From: a virus
Taxonomy: Duplodnaviria > Caudoviricetes
Strand: one strand, 5' to 3'
Virus record (IMG/VR): IMGVR_UViG_3300034061_006011
Length of the DNA: 64,000 nucleotides
Made by a program: the position numbers and the translations under genes. How positions within the stretch are numbered: position 1 is the first letter of the stretch; every line of letters begins with the position of its first letter. This document shows, piece after piece, positions 28,574-37,935 of the stretch. Under the pieces are notes generated by a model. It was not told where the DNA came from. It saw only the letters and a program-made list of their open reading frames with translations, and did no database searches.

Positions 28574-29050
28574 ATGAGTGAGCCAGAAACAAGATATTCA
28601 TTGACTGACATTGAAGTAATGAAGGAAGATGCTCTCAACATGGGCGCTTCCACAGAATTTGTTGCTGATTGTTTAAATAAGTATGGTCCTGAAGTACTTA
28701 GCACAGTAACAGAAGGACTTAGGAATGGCTTTTCCTTTGCCTTTATTATTGAATCATTCAGACTGTTTGGTCCATTTGTTTTAGATTTCTTTATCTCAAT
28801 GGTTTCTAGAAAAAAGATGGTAGCCAATATGGTAGAAGCCGAAAGCATCAAATCATTTGGTGCAACTGTTATGGGCAAACGTGAAATTGAAGATATGATC
28901 AGTGACAAAAACATTGATATGATGAGCGCAACAATGATTCAAGTTATGCTCGAAAAAGTAATTCCATATGTGTTTGAAAAGTATGGACAAAAGATTTTGC
29001 AAGCAGTACTTGCAGCTATTGAAAAAGCAATTGATGAGGATAAGTCTTGA
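28574..29050 (+). CDS. Hypothetical protein, possibly membrane-associated
   Basis: AAGGAG RBS before MSEPETRY; hydrophobic FSFAFII..FGPFVLDFFISMV. Confidence 0.55.
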   Translation: MSEPETRYSLTDIEVMKEDALNMGASTEFVADCLNKYGPEVLSTVTEGLRNGFSFAFIIESFRLFGPFVLDFFISMVSRKKMVANMVEAESIKSFGATVMGKREIEDMISDKNIDMMSATMIQVMLEKVIPYVFEKYGQKILQAVLAAIEKAIDEDKS

Positions 29051-29430
29051 AAAAATTAATTCTTTTTTTACTGTTTGCATTTAGCTTAAATTGTTTAGCT
29101 CAAGATTTGCCTGTTGTTAAATTTCCCAGCAAAAAGGAAATAGACAAAGCTGCGATCAAAGAGTTAATCAAAGAACTTGATGCAAACAGTAAAGAAGAGT
29201 TACTACAGGCAAACCAACAAAAAAAAGAACCAAAAGAAAGTCCAAAAGAAGAACCAAAGTCTCTTCCGCAAGTTGTTCCCAGTTCATCTACCCCCAAATT
29301 ATATAATACACCAACAGCTAACAAGCCTATCTATTACTCAAAACCAACTTATTATAAAAATCACCAGTTAAATCAAAAGCATACTGTCCTACTTGACCAA
29401 AGTAGGACAGAAGCCTTCGGTCGAAGGTAA
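29047..29430 (+). CDS. Secreted low-complexity protein
   Basis: TTG start with GAGGA RBS; signal peptide MKKLILFLLFAFSLNCLA. Confidence 0.6.
   Translation: MKKLILFLLFAFSLNCLAQDLPVVKFPSKKEIDKAAIKELIKELDANSKEELLQANQQKKEPKESPKEEPKSLPQVVPSSSTPKLYNTPTANKPIYYSKPTYYKNHQLNQKHTVLLDQSRTEAFGRR
29384..29427. terminator. Two adjacent hairpins between convergent genes
   Basis: ctgtcctactt/aagtaggacag 11-bp stem; ccttc/gaagg stem. Confidence 0.5.
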
Positions 29431-29862
29431 TTATTCTGAAATTTTAGAATCAATCACGCTTGTCTTTGTAAGAATCATTCTACCCTTAACTCTTTCTGCG
29501 TAAGATTTGCAAAAAGCTTTAACTTTTACAGTAACAACATTATCGTTTTCTTTAGCTGAAAACTTAGCTTCATTCAATCGAACAGTCCTACTATCGTTCA
29601 ATTCTAAGAAAATAATGTTAATTCCATCTATAACTTGATTGTCAATGATAGTTACACTTGGAGTTTTTGACACAGTCCAAGTATAATTGTCCAGATACAA
29701 ATTTTTATTAGCAAGTTGTGCTTCTAGTTCTGATTGTTCAATCTTTGCACCGCTTTGCAATGTGTTAACACGATTGTTATTACAATTTAAAGTTGTAACA
29801 CCAATCAGAGTTATCAATTGAAAAAACAAAAGCATATAACGCCAAGAATTATCACCATTCAT
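29431..29862 (-). CDS. Membrane-anchored hypothetical protein
   Basis: GGAGG RBS; N-terminal hydrophobic YMLLFFQLITLIGV. Confidence 0.6.
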   Translation of the reverse strand: MNGDNSWRYMLLFFQLITLIGVTTLNCNNNRVNTLQSGAKIEQSELEAQLANKNLYLDNYTWTVSKTPSVTIIDNQVIDGINIIFLELNDSRTVRLNEAKFSAKENDNVVTVKVKAFCKSYAERVKGRMILTKTSVIDSKISE

Positions 29863-29956
29863 AATTTTTCCTCCAAATTAAACTAGTCAAATAAAACAAA
29901 AGGGTATTGACTTCATTTAATAAAATGGCAGAATGAGACCATCAAGGAGGCTAACT

Positions 29957-30286
29957 ATGCCAGTCAGAAAGTATGAAGAAGTATCGGAATTCATTATTTG
30001 TCAATGTGGGTCTTTAGAACACATGGCACATTTTGGATTAACTTGGTGGACAGATAACAAGAAGTTAGAAGGTTGTGAGTTCTATGTGCAAATACATTTA
30101 GCTCCTACTACTTTTTTTGAAAGATTAAAAAATGCTTTTACATATTTGTTTGGAATCAATAATAAATCAGGAAGCTTTGATGAAGTCCTTATTACAAGAG
30201 AAAGAGCAGACAAACTTGTTGAAATGCTTAACAAGTTTATCGAATTAGATAATAAGATGCAAAACACATCAAAAGTTATTTACTAG
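29957..30286 (+). CDS. Hypothetical protein (CxC..H motif)
   Basis: AAGGAGG RBS before MPVRK; ICQCGSLEH. Confidence 0.6.
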   Translation: MPVRKYEEVSEFIICQCGSLEHMAHFGLTWWTDNKKLEGCEFYVQIHLAPTTFFERLKNAFTYLFGINNKSGSFDEVLITRERADKLVEMLNKFIELDNKMQNTSKVIY

Positions 30287-31139
30287 GAAAAAGTTTTTCA
30301 GCTTTAACTTTCCATTCCTGAGATTCTCTCTTGTTTTCAGAGCGGATCTCAGGAATAGTTCCTTTAATATCAGAATTTGAAATAGCTTCGACTTCTAATT
30401 TTGTTAAAGACATTGCTCCACGCATTGGATGATAATCATTCCATGCTTCAATAGTCCATGGGACCAAAGGCGTAATAAGCTCAAGAATAGCATCAGCATA
30501 CACCCTAATTTCCTTCTGAGCGTGTGCATCTGCTCGAAGGGACAGAAGATGCAACAAATTATGCAAGTTCTGTTTCCAGTACCATTCTGTATAAAGATTA
30601 AGAGGCAAAATCATTCTGGCTTGTTCTCTTGAAACACCAGCATCTAACATTTGCAAATAAAAAGCATATGCATCTTTGCAACTTGAATCAATCTTATCAA
30701 CAAATTCTTGAGATGACTCTTTTTCAAAAATCTCTTCGCCACCCTGCTTATTAGTTGTTGACTGTTTTCTCAAATCCTCAACATTAGGAATGTAAAATTC
30801 ATCCTTCATTACAGAATATCTGCCACTGATTTCATTGAGCGATACAGTTCTGTGCCTTATCATTTGTCTAGCAATAAAGATAGGCATTTTCATATGCAGC
30901 TTAAAATCGATTCCCTCGAATGGAGAAGTATGATTGTGTCTGAGAAGATAACGAATCAATCCTTTGTCTTCGTTGACAGATTTAGTTCCTTGTCCATAAC
31001 TGACCCTTGCCATTTGAGCAATTGCATAATCGCATGTTTGTCCATCTGGAATAATTCTTGGCATTACATCAACTATTTCTACAAATCCTTTGTCTAAACA
31101 ATCAATTTTAGTTTTTGGAAGAAGGGAAAAAGCATCCAT
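30276..31139 (-). CDS. thyX: FAD-dependent thymidylate synthase
   Basis: MARVSY, RHNHTSPFE, IARQMIRHR, NEISGRYS, AQKEIR. Confidence 0.95.
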   Translation of the reverse strand: MDAFSLLPKTKIDCLDKGFVEIVDVMPRIIPDGQTCDYAIAQMARVSYGQGTKSVNEDKGLIRYLLRHNHTSPFEGIDFKLHMKMPIFIARQMIRHRTVSLNEISGRYSVMKDEFYIPNVEDLRKQSTTNKQGGEEIFEKESSQEFVDKIDSSCKDAYAFYLQMLDAGVSREQARMILPLNLYTEWYWKQNLHNLLHLLSLRADAHAQKEIRVYADAILELITPLVPWTIEAWNDYHPMRGAMSLTKLEVEAISNSDIKGTIPEIRSENKRESQEWKVKAEKLFPSK

Positions 31140-31162
31140 CTGAAAATCCTCTAGGTTGCTTT

Positions 31163-31190
31163 ATTATATTTAATTGTTAAAAAGAATCAA
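31163..31190 (-). promoter_or_regulatory. Sigma70-type promoter for thyX
   Basis: TTGATT-16 nt-TATAAT upstream of GAGGA RBS. Confidence 0.55.
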
Positions 31191-31198
31191 TAAAAAAA

Positions 31199-31221
31199 GG
31201 AGGTTTTTTAAGGAAACCTCC
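31199..31221 (-). terminator. Intrinsic terminator
   Basis: ggaggttt/aaacctcc stem followed by U-run on minus strand. Confidence 0.7.
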
Positions 31222-31329
31222 GAAAACCCAGATATATCTAATTATTATTTGTATTTTTTTTGACTTACTTATTAAAAATTTATCTTTTGACAATATAGAA
31301 GATCGAAACCTTCCGTCATTATGTATACA

Positions 31330-31542
31330 TCAAGAATGTTTTTTTCTATTTTTTTTTCTTTTTTCTGGAATATAATCTGTAGAAGTTAAATGTTGTATAG
31401 GACCACCGAAACCATAATCTTTAACATTAAAGAACTGAGGGAAGTTTCTTGTAACCATTCCAGCATTAATTGGTAAAGAAAAATGTGCCACATCTGCTGT
31501 GCTTGTGGAAACTTCATTCAACCAATTTTTGAATCCTTTCAT
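31330..31542 (-). CDS. Small protein with leader motif and basic tail
   Basis: MKGFKNWLNEV...KRKKNRKKHS. Confidence 0.65.
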   Translation of the reverse strand: MKGFKNWLNEVSTSTADVAHFSLPINAGMVTRNFPQFFNVKDYGFGGPIQHLTSTDYIPEKRKKNRKKHS

Positions 31543-31910
31543 TTGTCCTTCTTTTCATTTTTTGGTACTATCTTTTCACTTCCAGCTAACCCTTGTGTCT
31601 TAAGATAATCCATAAATGATTTATTAATAATTGTTTTAACTGGTTGACGCATCTTGACATTATTCCTATATCTTATGTCGCCAAAAGCATCTCTGTTTTT
31701 AAGTTGATACGTTCTTTCTCCAACCTTCTTAGTATCAAAAGCTCCGACACCTATTTGGTCATCACCATAAAGTGCCTGAGAAAATACAGATGGTGTCTTT
31801 TCAAGTGCTTTTTCAAAAGCATCTTGATCTATGTTGAAAATAGTCCCGAAAGTATCAATGAAGTCTGAATTCTTTCGTTCTTCTTTTAAAAATTCAATAA
31901 ATGTTTTCAC
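31539..31910 (-). CDS. Hypothetical protein with leader motif (GTG start: MKTFIEFLKEE)
   Basis: GTG at 31910, 5 nt after TATATA box. Confidence 0.6.
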   Translation of the reverse strand: MKTFIEFLKEERKNSDFIDTFGTIFNIDQDAFEKALEKTPSVFSQALYGDDQIGVGAFDTKKVGERTYQLKNRDAFGDIRYRNNVKMRQPVKTIINKSFMDYLKTQGLAGSEKIVPKNEKKDK

Positions 31911-31928
31911 GAAAGTATATATTATGAC

Positions 31929-32546
31929 ATGAACAAAAAAGATAAAACCAGAAAATTCTGTTGCTTTGTTTGTCAAGATACATTCAATGATATTGATCTG
32001 TTAAAAGATCATATAGTCAATAATCATACTGAAAGTGATGATTATGTCTTGTGTCCACTGTGTCAACACCCTGTCAGAGACATGCAAATTCACTATAGAT
32101 CAAAGCATATAGGCATGAATATGCCAGAAAACATTCAAACAAGAGCAATAATCATAAGAGACATAAAAAGTCCAAATAAAAAAAATAATTTTTCAAAATT
32201 TAAGCAAGGTAATTTTCATTCAGAAAAGAATCAATGCGATATATTTTTCAGAAGTGGTCTTGAGTTGAAATTTTTAAAAATACTTGAGAAAAATCCGAAT
32301 GTAAGAAAGTATAAAGCCGAAAGTCTTCAAATAGAATACTTTTTTGAAGGATCGTCACACAATTATATTCCAGATATTCTTGTTGAGTATACAGATGGCA
32401 AGATTGAATTATGGGAAATAAAACCCAAGTCTCAAACAAAATGGGCTAAGAATGTTGCCAAATGGAAAGCAGCAAATGTTTATTGCCAAAAAAGAAGCTG
32501 GGAATTTATTGTAATGACTGAAAATGCTTTAAAAAAACTTAACTAA
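31929..32546 (+). CDS. C2H2 zinc-finger + TnsA-N/T4 gp4-like endonuclease
   Basis: CFVC..H..H and CPLC..H..H; FRSGLE, YIPDILV, WEIKP, AKWKAA..YC, WEFIVMTE. Confidence 0.75.
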   Translation: MNKKDKTRKFCCFVCQDTFNDIDLLKDHIVNNHTESDDYVLCPLCQHPVRDMQIHYRSKHIGMNMPENIQTRAIIIRDIKSPNKKNNFSKFKQGNFHSEKNQCDIFFRSGLELKFLKILEKNPNVRKYKAESLQIEYFFEGSSHNYIPDILVEYTDGKIELWEIKPKSQTKWAKNVAKWKAANVYCQKRSWEFIVMTENALKKLN

Positions 32547-33179
32547 TTAATTTTTATAATCTTTTAATTCAAACTTTTCAACAATGAAAGGAATCAATTG
32601 TTGTACTATCTTGTCTTCTAAAGACAAAAGATTACTATCATTCTTCATGTAATAATCAAACATAGGATAGTTACTATCAGCAATAATTCCATTTGCGTCT
32701 TTATTACCAAAATAATCTGATGCTTCTCCCATAATCTTTTCACTATCGTTTTGATCAGTGTTACGATGATTGGGACGATCAATAAGAACGACAATACCAT
32801 CTTTTTCTTTAATTGCTTTAGCTTCGTTAAGATAACGACCATCTGTGATAATTACATTTTGCATTTTATTCAAAACTTTGTCGATCCAAACAGAATTTTT
32901 AACTTTTCTGAATCCATCACCAATCATTTGTAAAGCCTGTCTGACATTCATTGAAAAACCGGGAGGAGGTTCGGGATTTCTTTTCCATTCTTCAATAAAA
33001 TCAAAATCAACGTCAAAGTAATCACAATATATTTTTTTGACATTATAGGCAAAAGCAATTTTTGTAACAAGTGGTTTTTCATGATCAATATATTGCCACA
33101 GCCGTGGAGCAAGCATTCCTGCAACTGTATCTTTACCAGATGCTGCCTGACCAAATAAGCCAACAATGATATTTTTCAT
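32547..33179 (-). CDS. Deoxynucleoside monophosphate kinase (T4 gp1-like)
   Basis: GLFGQAASGKDT P-loop, RQALQMIGDGFR, ITDGRYLNE. Confidence 0.8.
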   Translation of the reverse strand: MKNIIVGLFGQAASGKDTVAGMLAPRLWQYIDHEKPLVTKIAFAYNVKKIYCDYFDVDFDFIEEWKRNPEPPPGFSMNVRQALQMIGDGFRKVKNSVWIDKVLNKMQNVIITDGRYLNEAKAIKEKDGIVVLIDRPNHRNTDQNDSEKIMGEASDYFGNKDANGIIADSNYPMFDYYMKNDSNLLSLEDKIVQQLIPFIVEKFELKDYKN

Positions 33180-33194
33180 AACTATGTTATAGTC

Positions 33195-33452
33195 ATGAAC
33201 AAGAAAAAATGCAACAATTGTTTTTGCTTTGATCGAGAAAAAAAAGTTTGCAAAGTTAACATCATTTATAATGGTAAAAACTTAAACATGCCTGTAGCTG
33301 CAAGCGATGATTGTCACTATATCGAACTAGGCGTATCTGTTGAACAAGTTCGCTTCTGGGAAGAAGAAGCGAAGGGTAAAAAGGTTGTTAAAATGGAATA
33401 CCCAGAAAACTTCTTTGGAAAGAATCTTAACTCAGCTTTAGATCCTGTATAG
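33195..33452 (+). CDS. Small Cys-containing hypothetical protein
   Basis: CNNC...C...CHY. Confidence 0.55.
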   Translation: MNKKKCNNCFCFDREKKVCKVNIIYNGKNLNMPVAASDDCHYIELGVSVEQVRFWEEEAKGKKVVKMEYPENFFGKNLNSALDPV

Positions 33453-34041
33453 AAATCATTTCCTTGTAAGGAACCTCATAATTTAAGTGAGATCCTTTTC
33501 TTGCTGGGAATTTTTCTCTTTTGATAATTTCTTCTTTTTCTGAAGCACCAATTAATATTACACTTGCTTGTTTTTTAGACTTTTCATCCAACAACAAATA
33601 AGCAAACACATACAAATCACAATTAAGATTCATTGGAATCTTACCTTCATTCGTTGCCCTGATAAGTCCAGCATCGTACCAAGGTCGCTTCATTGATGTC
33701 TTTATGTCTATTGTTTTATTGCTTGCATCAATAAAGTCATATTTATCACCGCCTTCCCTGTAAGTAAAATCTACAGGAAGACCAAAAACTTTAGAGAAGG
33801 CTAATTCTCCAATCTTTCCTGTTCTTTCAACCTTATATGGGTCTTCTTTTGTATTAGCTAAACCTCTTCCATATGTGCCAGTCTTCTTGTTAGCCCACAT
33901 GTTGCTTGAAAACGATTCACAAATTTCGTATTCTTCATCAGCAATATCAATTTTATAAACAACTTTTTCAACATCACCAAAAGTTAATTTCATCAATTTT
34001 GGTTTTGACTTTTTGCCTGTATAGTAACTTTCAGCAAGCAT
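33427..34041 (-). CDS. Putative PD-(D/E)xK nuclease-like protein
   Basis: GKIGELA...GDKYDF...IDIKTS. Confidence 0.5.
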   Translation of the reverse strand: MLAESYYTGKKSKPKLMKLTFGDVEKVVYKIDIADEEYEICESFSSNMWANKKTGTYGRGLANTKEDPYKVERTGKIGELAFSKVFGLPVDFTYREGGDKYDFIDASNKTIDIKTSMKRPWYDAGLIRATNEGKIPMNLNCDLYVFAYLLLDEKSKKQASVILIGASEKEEIIKREKFPARKGSHLNYEVPYKEMISIQDLKLS

Positions 34042-34081
34042 GAAATACTCCGGTAAGAAAACTTTCTTTAACAGAGCTAAT

Positions 34082-35869
34082 CTAAACTTCTTTTTTACTA
34101 AATCTATTTTTTAGATCCGAAAAAAATGAATCACCACAATTCCAACCACAAATTTTTGAAACAAGACTTAAGCAAGCACAGATTCTGCCAAAATCTTTTA
34201 CTATGACGGGAATCAATGGTGATAACATGCCTGTGCTTCTTTTATTCATCATGCAGTAATAAAGATATCCTATTTTTACTGATCCAGTTTCAATATAGTT
34301 TCTTCCTAAAAGCTCTTGCAATCTTTGCATATACAAAGAGCAAAAATTCTTTTCATCTTCTGACATGAAGTTTTTATTGTTACTTGGTGTAAACGCAAGA
34401 TAATATGTAAGAATTGAATCTTTTCTAACGCTTCCGGCAAAATATCTAGAAAAACTTTTTATCCAACAATTCAAATCATAAGGGTCAATAAAAAATAACA
34501 CACTTGGTAAACCTAATTTTTTCAAATTGTAATTACCATCATCATCAATGACAACAAATTTCATATGCTCTAACCTATCAAGTGTGTTCTTCAAGTAATT
34601 TGAATTTACTTTGTTGAGAAATCCTCCAAATGTCTTAGAAAGCATGTTCCATATTTTATCAAATGTAAGTTTCTTTTCTTGATGTATCATTGCAAGAATA
34701 TGAATAGCAAGTTTATTATATTCTAAATCATCATTAAGATTAAATAACTTTGACAAAGCATCATCTACTTTTTTGTACTCATTGGCTAAAGTTATTTTGT
34801 TATCTGGAAAGAAAACATAAGCATCACCTTGATCATCGATGCCTTTCCTCCCTGCTCTTCCAATCATCTGGCGTATCTCAGACTTATCAACTAACTCTTT
34901 GCCTCTTACTACCCCTGCTATAATTACTCTTCTAGCTGGCAAATTAACGCCAGCAGCGAGTGTACTTGTTGCAACGAGTATTCGTAAGGCTCCTTCCTTA
35001 AACTCCTTCTCAAGCGTTTTACGCTTACTAGGAGACAAGTCTGCTGAATGGAACTTTGTATCAAATCCTTTAGACTTTATATAAGACACTAATTTTTTGC
35101 CAATATTCTTTGAATGAACGAATACTAATATCTTATCTGCCTGATGTTTGTCGCATAAAATTGAAATGCAATCAAACATATCATGAGGGACACCACTAGA
35201 ACTTAAAGATGTGTCAAACTTCTTATAATGTATTTTCAAAGGAACAGCTTGATAGTTTGAATTCAGAATATAGGTTTGTTTCTTGTTTAAATCATGCAAC
35301 CATTCACCGATTTGGTTAGCATTTGGCAATGTACCACTGAGAAATATTATTTTTGAATGATTTTTTCTAGCAAATTCTGTTAGAGCAAATTCTAAAGTAG
35401 GACCACGATCATCTGAACCGATCATATGTGCTTCATCTACTATAATTGTATCTATATCATCGAATACATTTGGATTTGTTCTTACATTGTGACAAAAGCT
35501 TTCAATTGTTGCTACGACTAAGTCTCCATCTTTATCTTTCTTTTCATCACCTGCCATTATTGTTATTTTTTTCTTAGAAAATGGATGATCTTCAGATGAC
35601 CATGCTGAAAACTTTTCAGAAGCAAGTGATTTCAAAGGACACATGTAAATGCATTTTTTGTCATTTTTAATCAAAGATTCAAAAATAAAAAATTCAGCAA
35701 CTATTGTTTTACCACTGTTTGTTGAAGATGCAATTATAAAATTGGCATCTTTGTCAACATGATCCAAAACAGAACTTTGAACAACATTGAAGTTTTCAAA
35801 AGGATATTTATAAAGCTTAAAAGAATCTGATGATTTCTCGACAACTTCGCCGATTTCTATTGTGTTCAT
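34082..35869 (-). CDS. Ski2/Hel308-like SF2 DEAH helicase
   Basis: ASSTNSGKT, PLKSLASEK, VDEAH, LSGT, TSTLAAGVNLPA, QMIGRAGR. Confidence 0.88.
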   Translation of the reverse strand: MNTIEIGEVVEKSSDSFKLYKYPFENFNVVQSSVLDHVDKDANFIIASSTNSGKTIVAEFFIFESLIKNDKKCIYMCPLKSLASEKFSAWSSEDHPFSKKKITIMAGDEKKDKDGDLVVATIESFCHNVRTNPNVFDDIDTIIVDEAHMIGSDDRGPTLEFALTEFARKNHSKIIFLSGTLPNANQIGEWLHDLNKKQTYILNSNYQAVPLKIHYKKFDTSLSSSGVPHDMFDCISILCDKHQADKILVFVHSKNIGKKLVSYIKSKGFDTKFHSADLSPSKRKTLEKEFKEGALRILVATSTLAAGVNLPARRVIIAGVVRGKELVDKSEIRQMIGRAGRKGIDDQGDAYVFFPDNKITLANEYKKVDDALSKLFNLNDDLEYNKLAIHILAMIHQEKKLTFDKIWNMLSKTFGGFLNKVNSNYLKNTLDRLEHMKFVVIDDDGNYNLKKLGLPSVLFFIDPYDLNCWIKSFSRYFAGSVRKDSILTYYLAFTPSNNKNFMSEDEKNFCSLYMQRLQELLGRNYIETGSVKIGYLYYCMMNKRSTGMLSPLIPVIVKDFGRICACLSLVSKICGWNCGDSFFSDLKNRFSKKEV

Positions 35870-35875
35870 GATTTT

Positions 35876-35904
35876 ATTATATACTTGAAATCAACAGTTG
35901 TCAA
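35876..35904 (-). promoter_or_regulatory. Consensus sigma70 promoter, leaderless start
   Basis: TTGACA-17 nt-TATAAT, 6 nt to ATG at 35869. Confidence 0.85.
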
Positions 35905-35909
35905 AAAGA

Positions 35910-35933
35910 CAGACCTCCGATTAAGGAGGTCTG
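35910..35933 (-). terminator. Intrinsic terminator
   Basis: cagacctcc/ggaggtctg 9-bp stem followed by tcttttt on minus strand. Confidence 0.7.
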
Positions 35934-35959
35934 ATATCCTCACCCTAGAAATCACCCCC

Positions 35960-36220
35960 TTAGAGCGGGTTAAGGACAGGGTCGCCGATTTTGCGTCTTC
36001 TTGCTTCAACTGCAAAGGCATCAGTTAACGCTTCAATATTAGAATGGAAGTCAGAAGACATTGAAACATTTGAAAACCATTCGTTGATTTCAGCAAACTT
36101 ATTTGAAATAAGATCAAAAGCTTGTGCCAAATCATCCTGATATCTGTGTAAAAACCTTGTGTAAAGGTACACAAAATCGTAGTCGTTCATGGTAGAAAAG
36201 AAAACATTGAGCTTTTTCAA
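35960..36220 (-). CDS. Hypothetical protein
   Basis: 86 aa ORF ending just before terminator. Confidence 0.55.
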   Translation of the reverse strand: MKKLNVFFSTMNDYDFVYLYTRFLHRYQDDLAQAFDLISNKFAEINEWFSNVSMSSDFHSNIEALTDAFAVEARRRKIGDPVLNPL

Positions 36221-36267
36221 GTAACTATTCCTCTAAAACAACGGAAACCCAATTTAAATGAGTTAAG

Positions 36268-36582
36268 TCAAACAATATTAATTGACTTAACTTTATTGCC
36301 ATCTGGATCTTCAAACTTATCTTCTAAAACAATTAATTTATCATCATCCTTGCATCTTAATCCAACATTATATTTGTCTATAACTGTAGCCCTTAATTCA
36401 TTTTTTACTATCACATAGCAATAATTTTCAGATCTTACTTGTTTTCCAACTTCATCTTCGTCTACGATACCAATCTCTATCATAAAATCATCTGGAAGAT
36501 TTATTTGAATTGTTCCAAATTTTTCCAAATGTTTGATTATTGCTGATTGAACCCTGCTGGTCGATGGCTTGGTATTTGTCAT
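36268..36582 (-). CDS. Hypothetical protein
   Basis: 104 aa ORF. Confidence 0.55.
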   Translation of the reverse strand: MTNTKPSTSRVQSAIIKHLEKFGTIQINLPDDFMIEIGIVDEDEVGKQVRSENYCYVIVKNELRATVIDKYNVGLRCKDDDKLIVLEDKFEDPDGNKVKSINIV

Positions 36583-36736
36583 TTTTATTCAGCATGTTAA
36601 TGCCGCTCCAGAGGACCATTATATCTATCTATCATTAGTACGATTAACATTTAAACAAAATATAAAAAAGCAAACTAAATAATTAAAATTATTAAACAGT
36701 CTTATTGTATGTGTTTTTACACAAAGGTTTTTAAAA

Positions 36737-37408
36737 ATGAAAATATTTAAATGGATTAATAAGCACATAATACCAAGAAAATTTGAAAAAATAAGAATAG
36801 GAAATAACAAAGATGGAGGATATATTCTTCCTAAAAAATGTGTTGACGAAAGTGATCTTTGTATTTCTTTTGGACTAGGAGATAATATTACTTATGAAGA
36901 AGATTTATTAAATAGAAATAAAAAAGTTATTGGGTGTGATTTTTCTGTAGACATTCCACATGAATGGGCGAGGAAAACAAAACTTGACACCTATGAAGAA
37001 TTCTTAAATATGCCAGAAGTAAAACAATCTAATAAAATTGTTCTAAAGATAGATACCGAAGGGGCGGAATGGAATTTTTTTGAAACAATAAATATACAAC
37101 ATTTTGAAGAAAAGATTTTTTGTTTTGCTTTCGAATTACATCTTAACATGAATCCTAACAACACGCCATTATCGGTTATGGAAAAGATGCTTAGTACACA
37201 TTATGTCGCTCATGTTCATGGTAACAATCATGGTGATTACAAGGAATTAGTTCCAATTGGATTGGAAATTACACTGGCAAATAAAAAGTATTTTGATAAT
37301 CCACCAATTGATTTTCAAAAATATCCTATTAAAAATTTAGACTATGTGAACAATCCTGAACATGCAGAATTGGAATTGGCTTGGTTGCATCGTATTAAAC
37401 TACTATAA
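36737..37408 (+). CDS. FkbM/Methyltransf_22-like SAM methyltransferase (glycan O-methylation type)
   Basis: RIGNNKDGGY, ISFGLGDNITYE, LKIDTEGAEW, FELH, HVHGNN. Confidence 0.75.
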   Translation: MKIFKWINKHIIPRKFEKIRIGNNKDGGYILPKKCVDESDLCISFGLGDNITYEEDLLNRNKKVIGCDFSVDIPHEWARKTKLDTYEEFLNMPEVKQSNKIVLKIDTEGAEWNFFETINIQHFEEKIFCFAFELHLNMNPNNTPLSVMEKMLSTHYVAHVHGNNHGDYKELVPIGLEITLANKKYFDNPPIDFQKYPIKNLDYVNNPEHAELELAWLHRIKLL

Positions 37409-37449
37409 CTAATCTTTGCTTCAATATTTATACAAACAAGATAATAATA

Positions 37450-37935
37450 TTAGAAAAAAGAAGGCACTTCTTTACTAAGATAATAATCTGTCCCCATAAA
37501 ATTCTTTTCTATACATATCTTTTTGTCTGGTTTTGTGCTGTTTCCGTCCACATCATACATTTTATTCCAACAATAAATTAATTTATCTGGTGTTATTATT
37601 TGTGTCAGCACAAAATTTTCATTTCCAAAAAATGCCATTACAATCTTGAAAGCAACATTAAATGGTATGAAATAAAGGTTTTCACTCCAAATTTGAAGCG
37701 TTTCAATTACATATCTTTCATCTTCAACAAACTCTGTTTCAACACAATTAAAATAAACATAAATATCGTAACCATCACAGTTAAATCCCCAAGTTTTATA
37801 ATCCTTAAAAATTACATCTAAATCAGAGTTCTTATTATAATCAAATTGTTCCTGTAATACATAACCCATCAATCTAGCATATTTAATTGCTTCTTTAAGA
37901 CCATCCACACGATTAACAATAAATTGTTCGTTCAT
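37450..37935 (-). CDS. Hypothetical protein
   Basis: 161 aa ORF, coupled to upstream gene. Confidence 0.55.
   Translation of the reverse strand: MNEQFIVNRVDGLKEAIKYARLMGYVLQEQFDYNKNSDLDVIFKDYKTWGFNCDGYDIYVYFNCVETEFVEDERYVIETLQIWSENLYFIPFNVAFKIVMAFFGNENFVLTQIITPDKLIYCWNKMYDVDGNSTKPDKKICIEKNFMGTDYYLSKEVPSFF

Noticed and set aside
29352-29430. Programmed frameshift or indel giving an alternative C-terminus SPVKSKAYCPT
   Set aside because: The annotated frame reads through a terminator-like hairpin, which is odd, but only an A5 run supports a shift; it cannot be distinguished from chance without reads or homologs.
31929-32546. Tn7-like transposon (TnsA)
   Set aside because: No TnsB/TnsC or terminal repeats nearby; a solitary TnsA-N/gp4-like nuclease is typical of T4-like phages.
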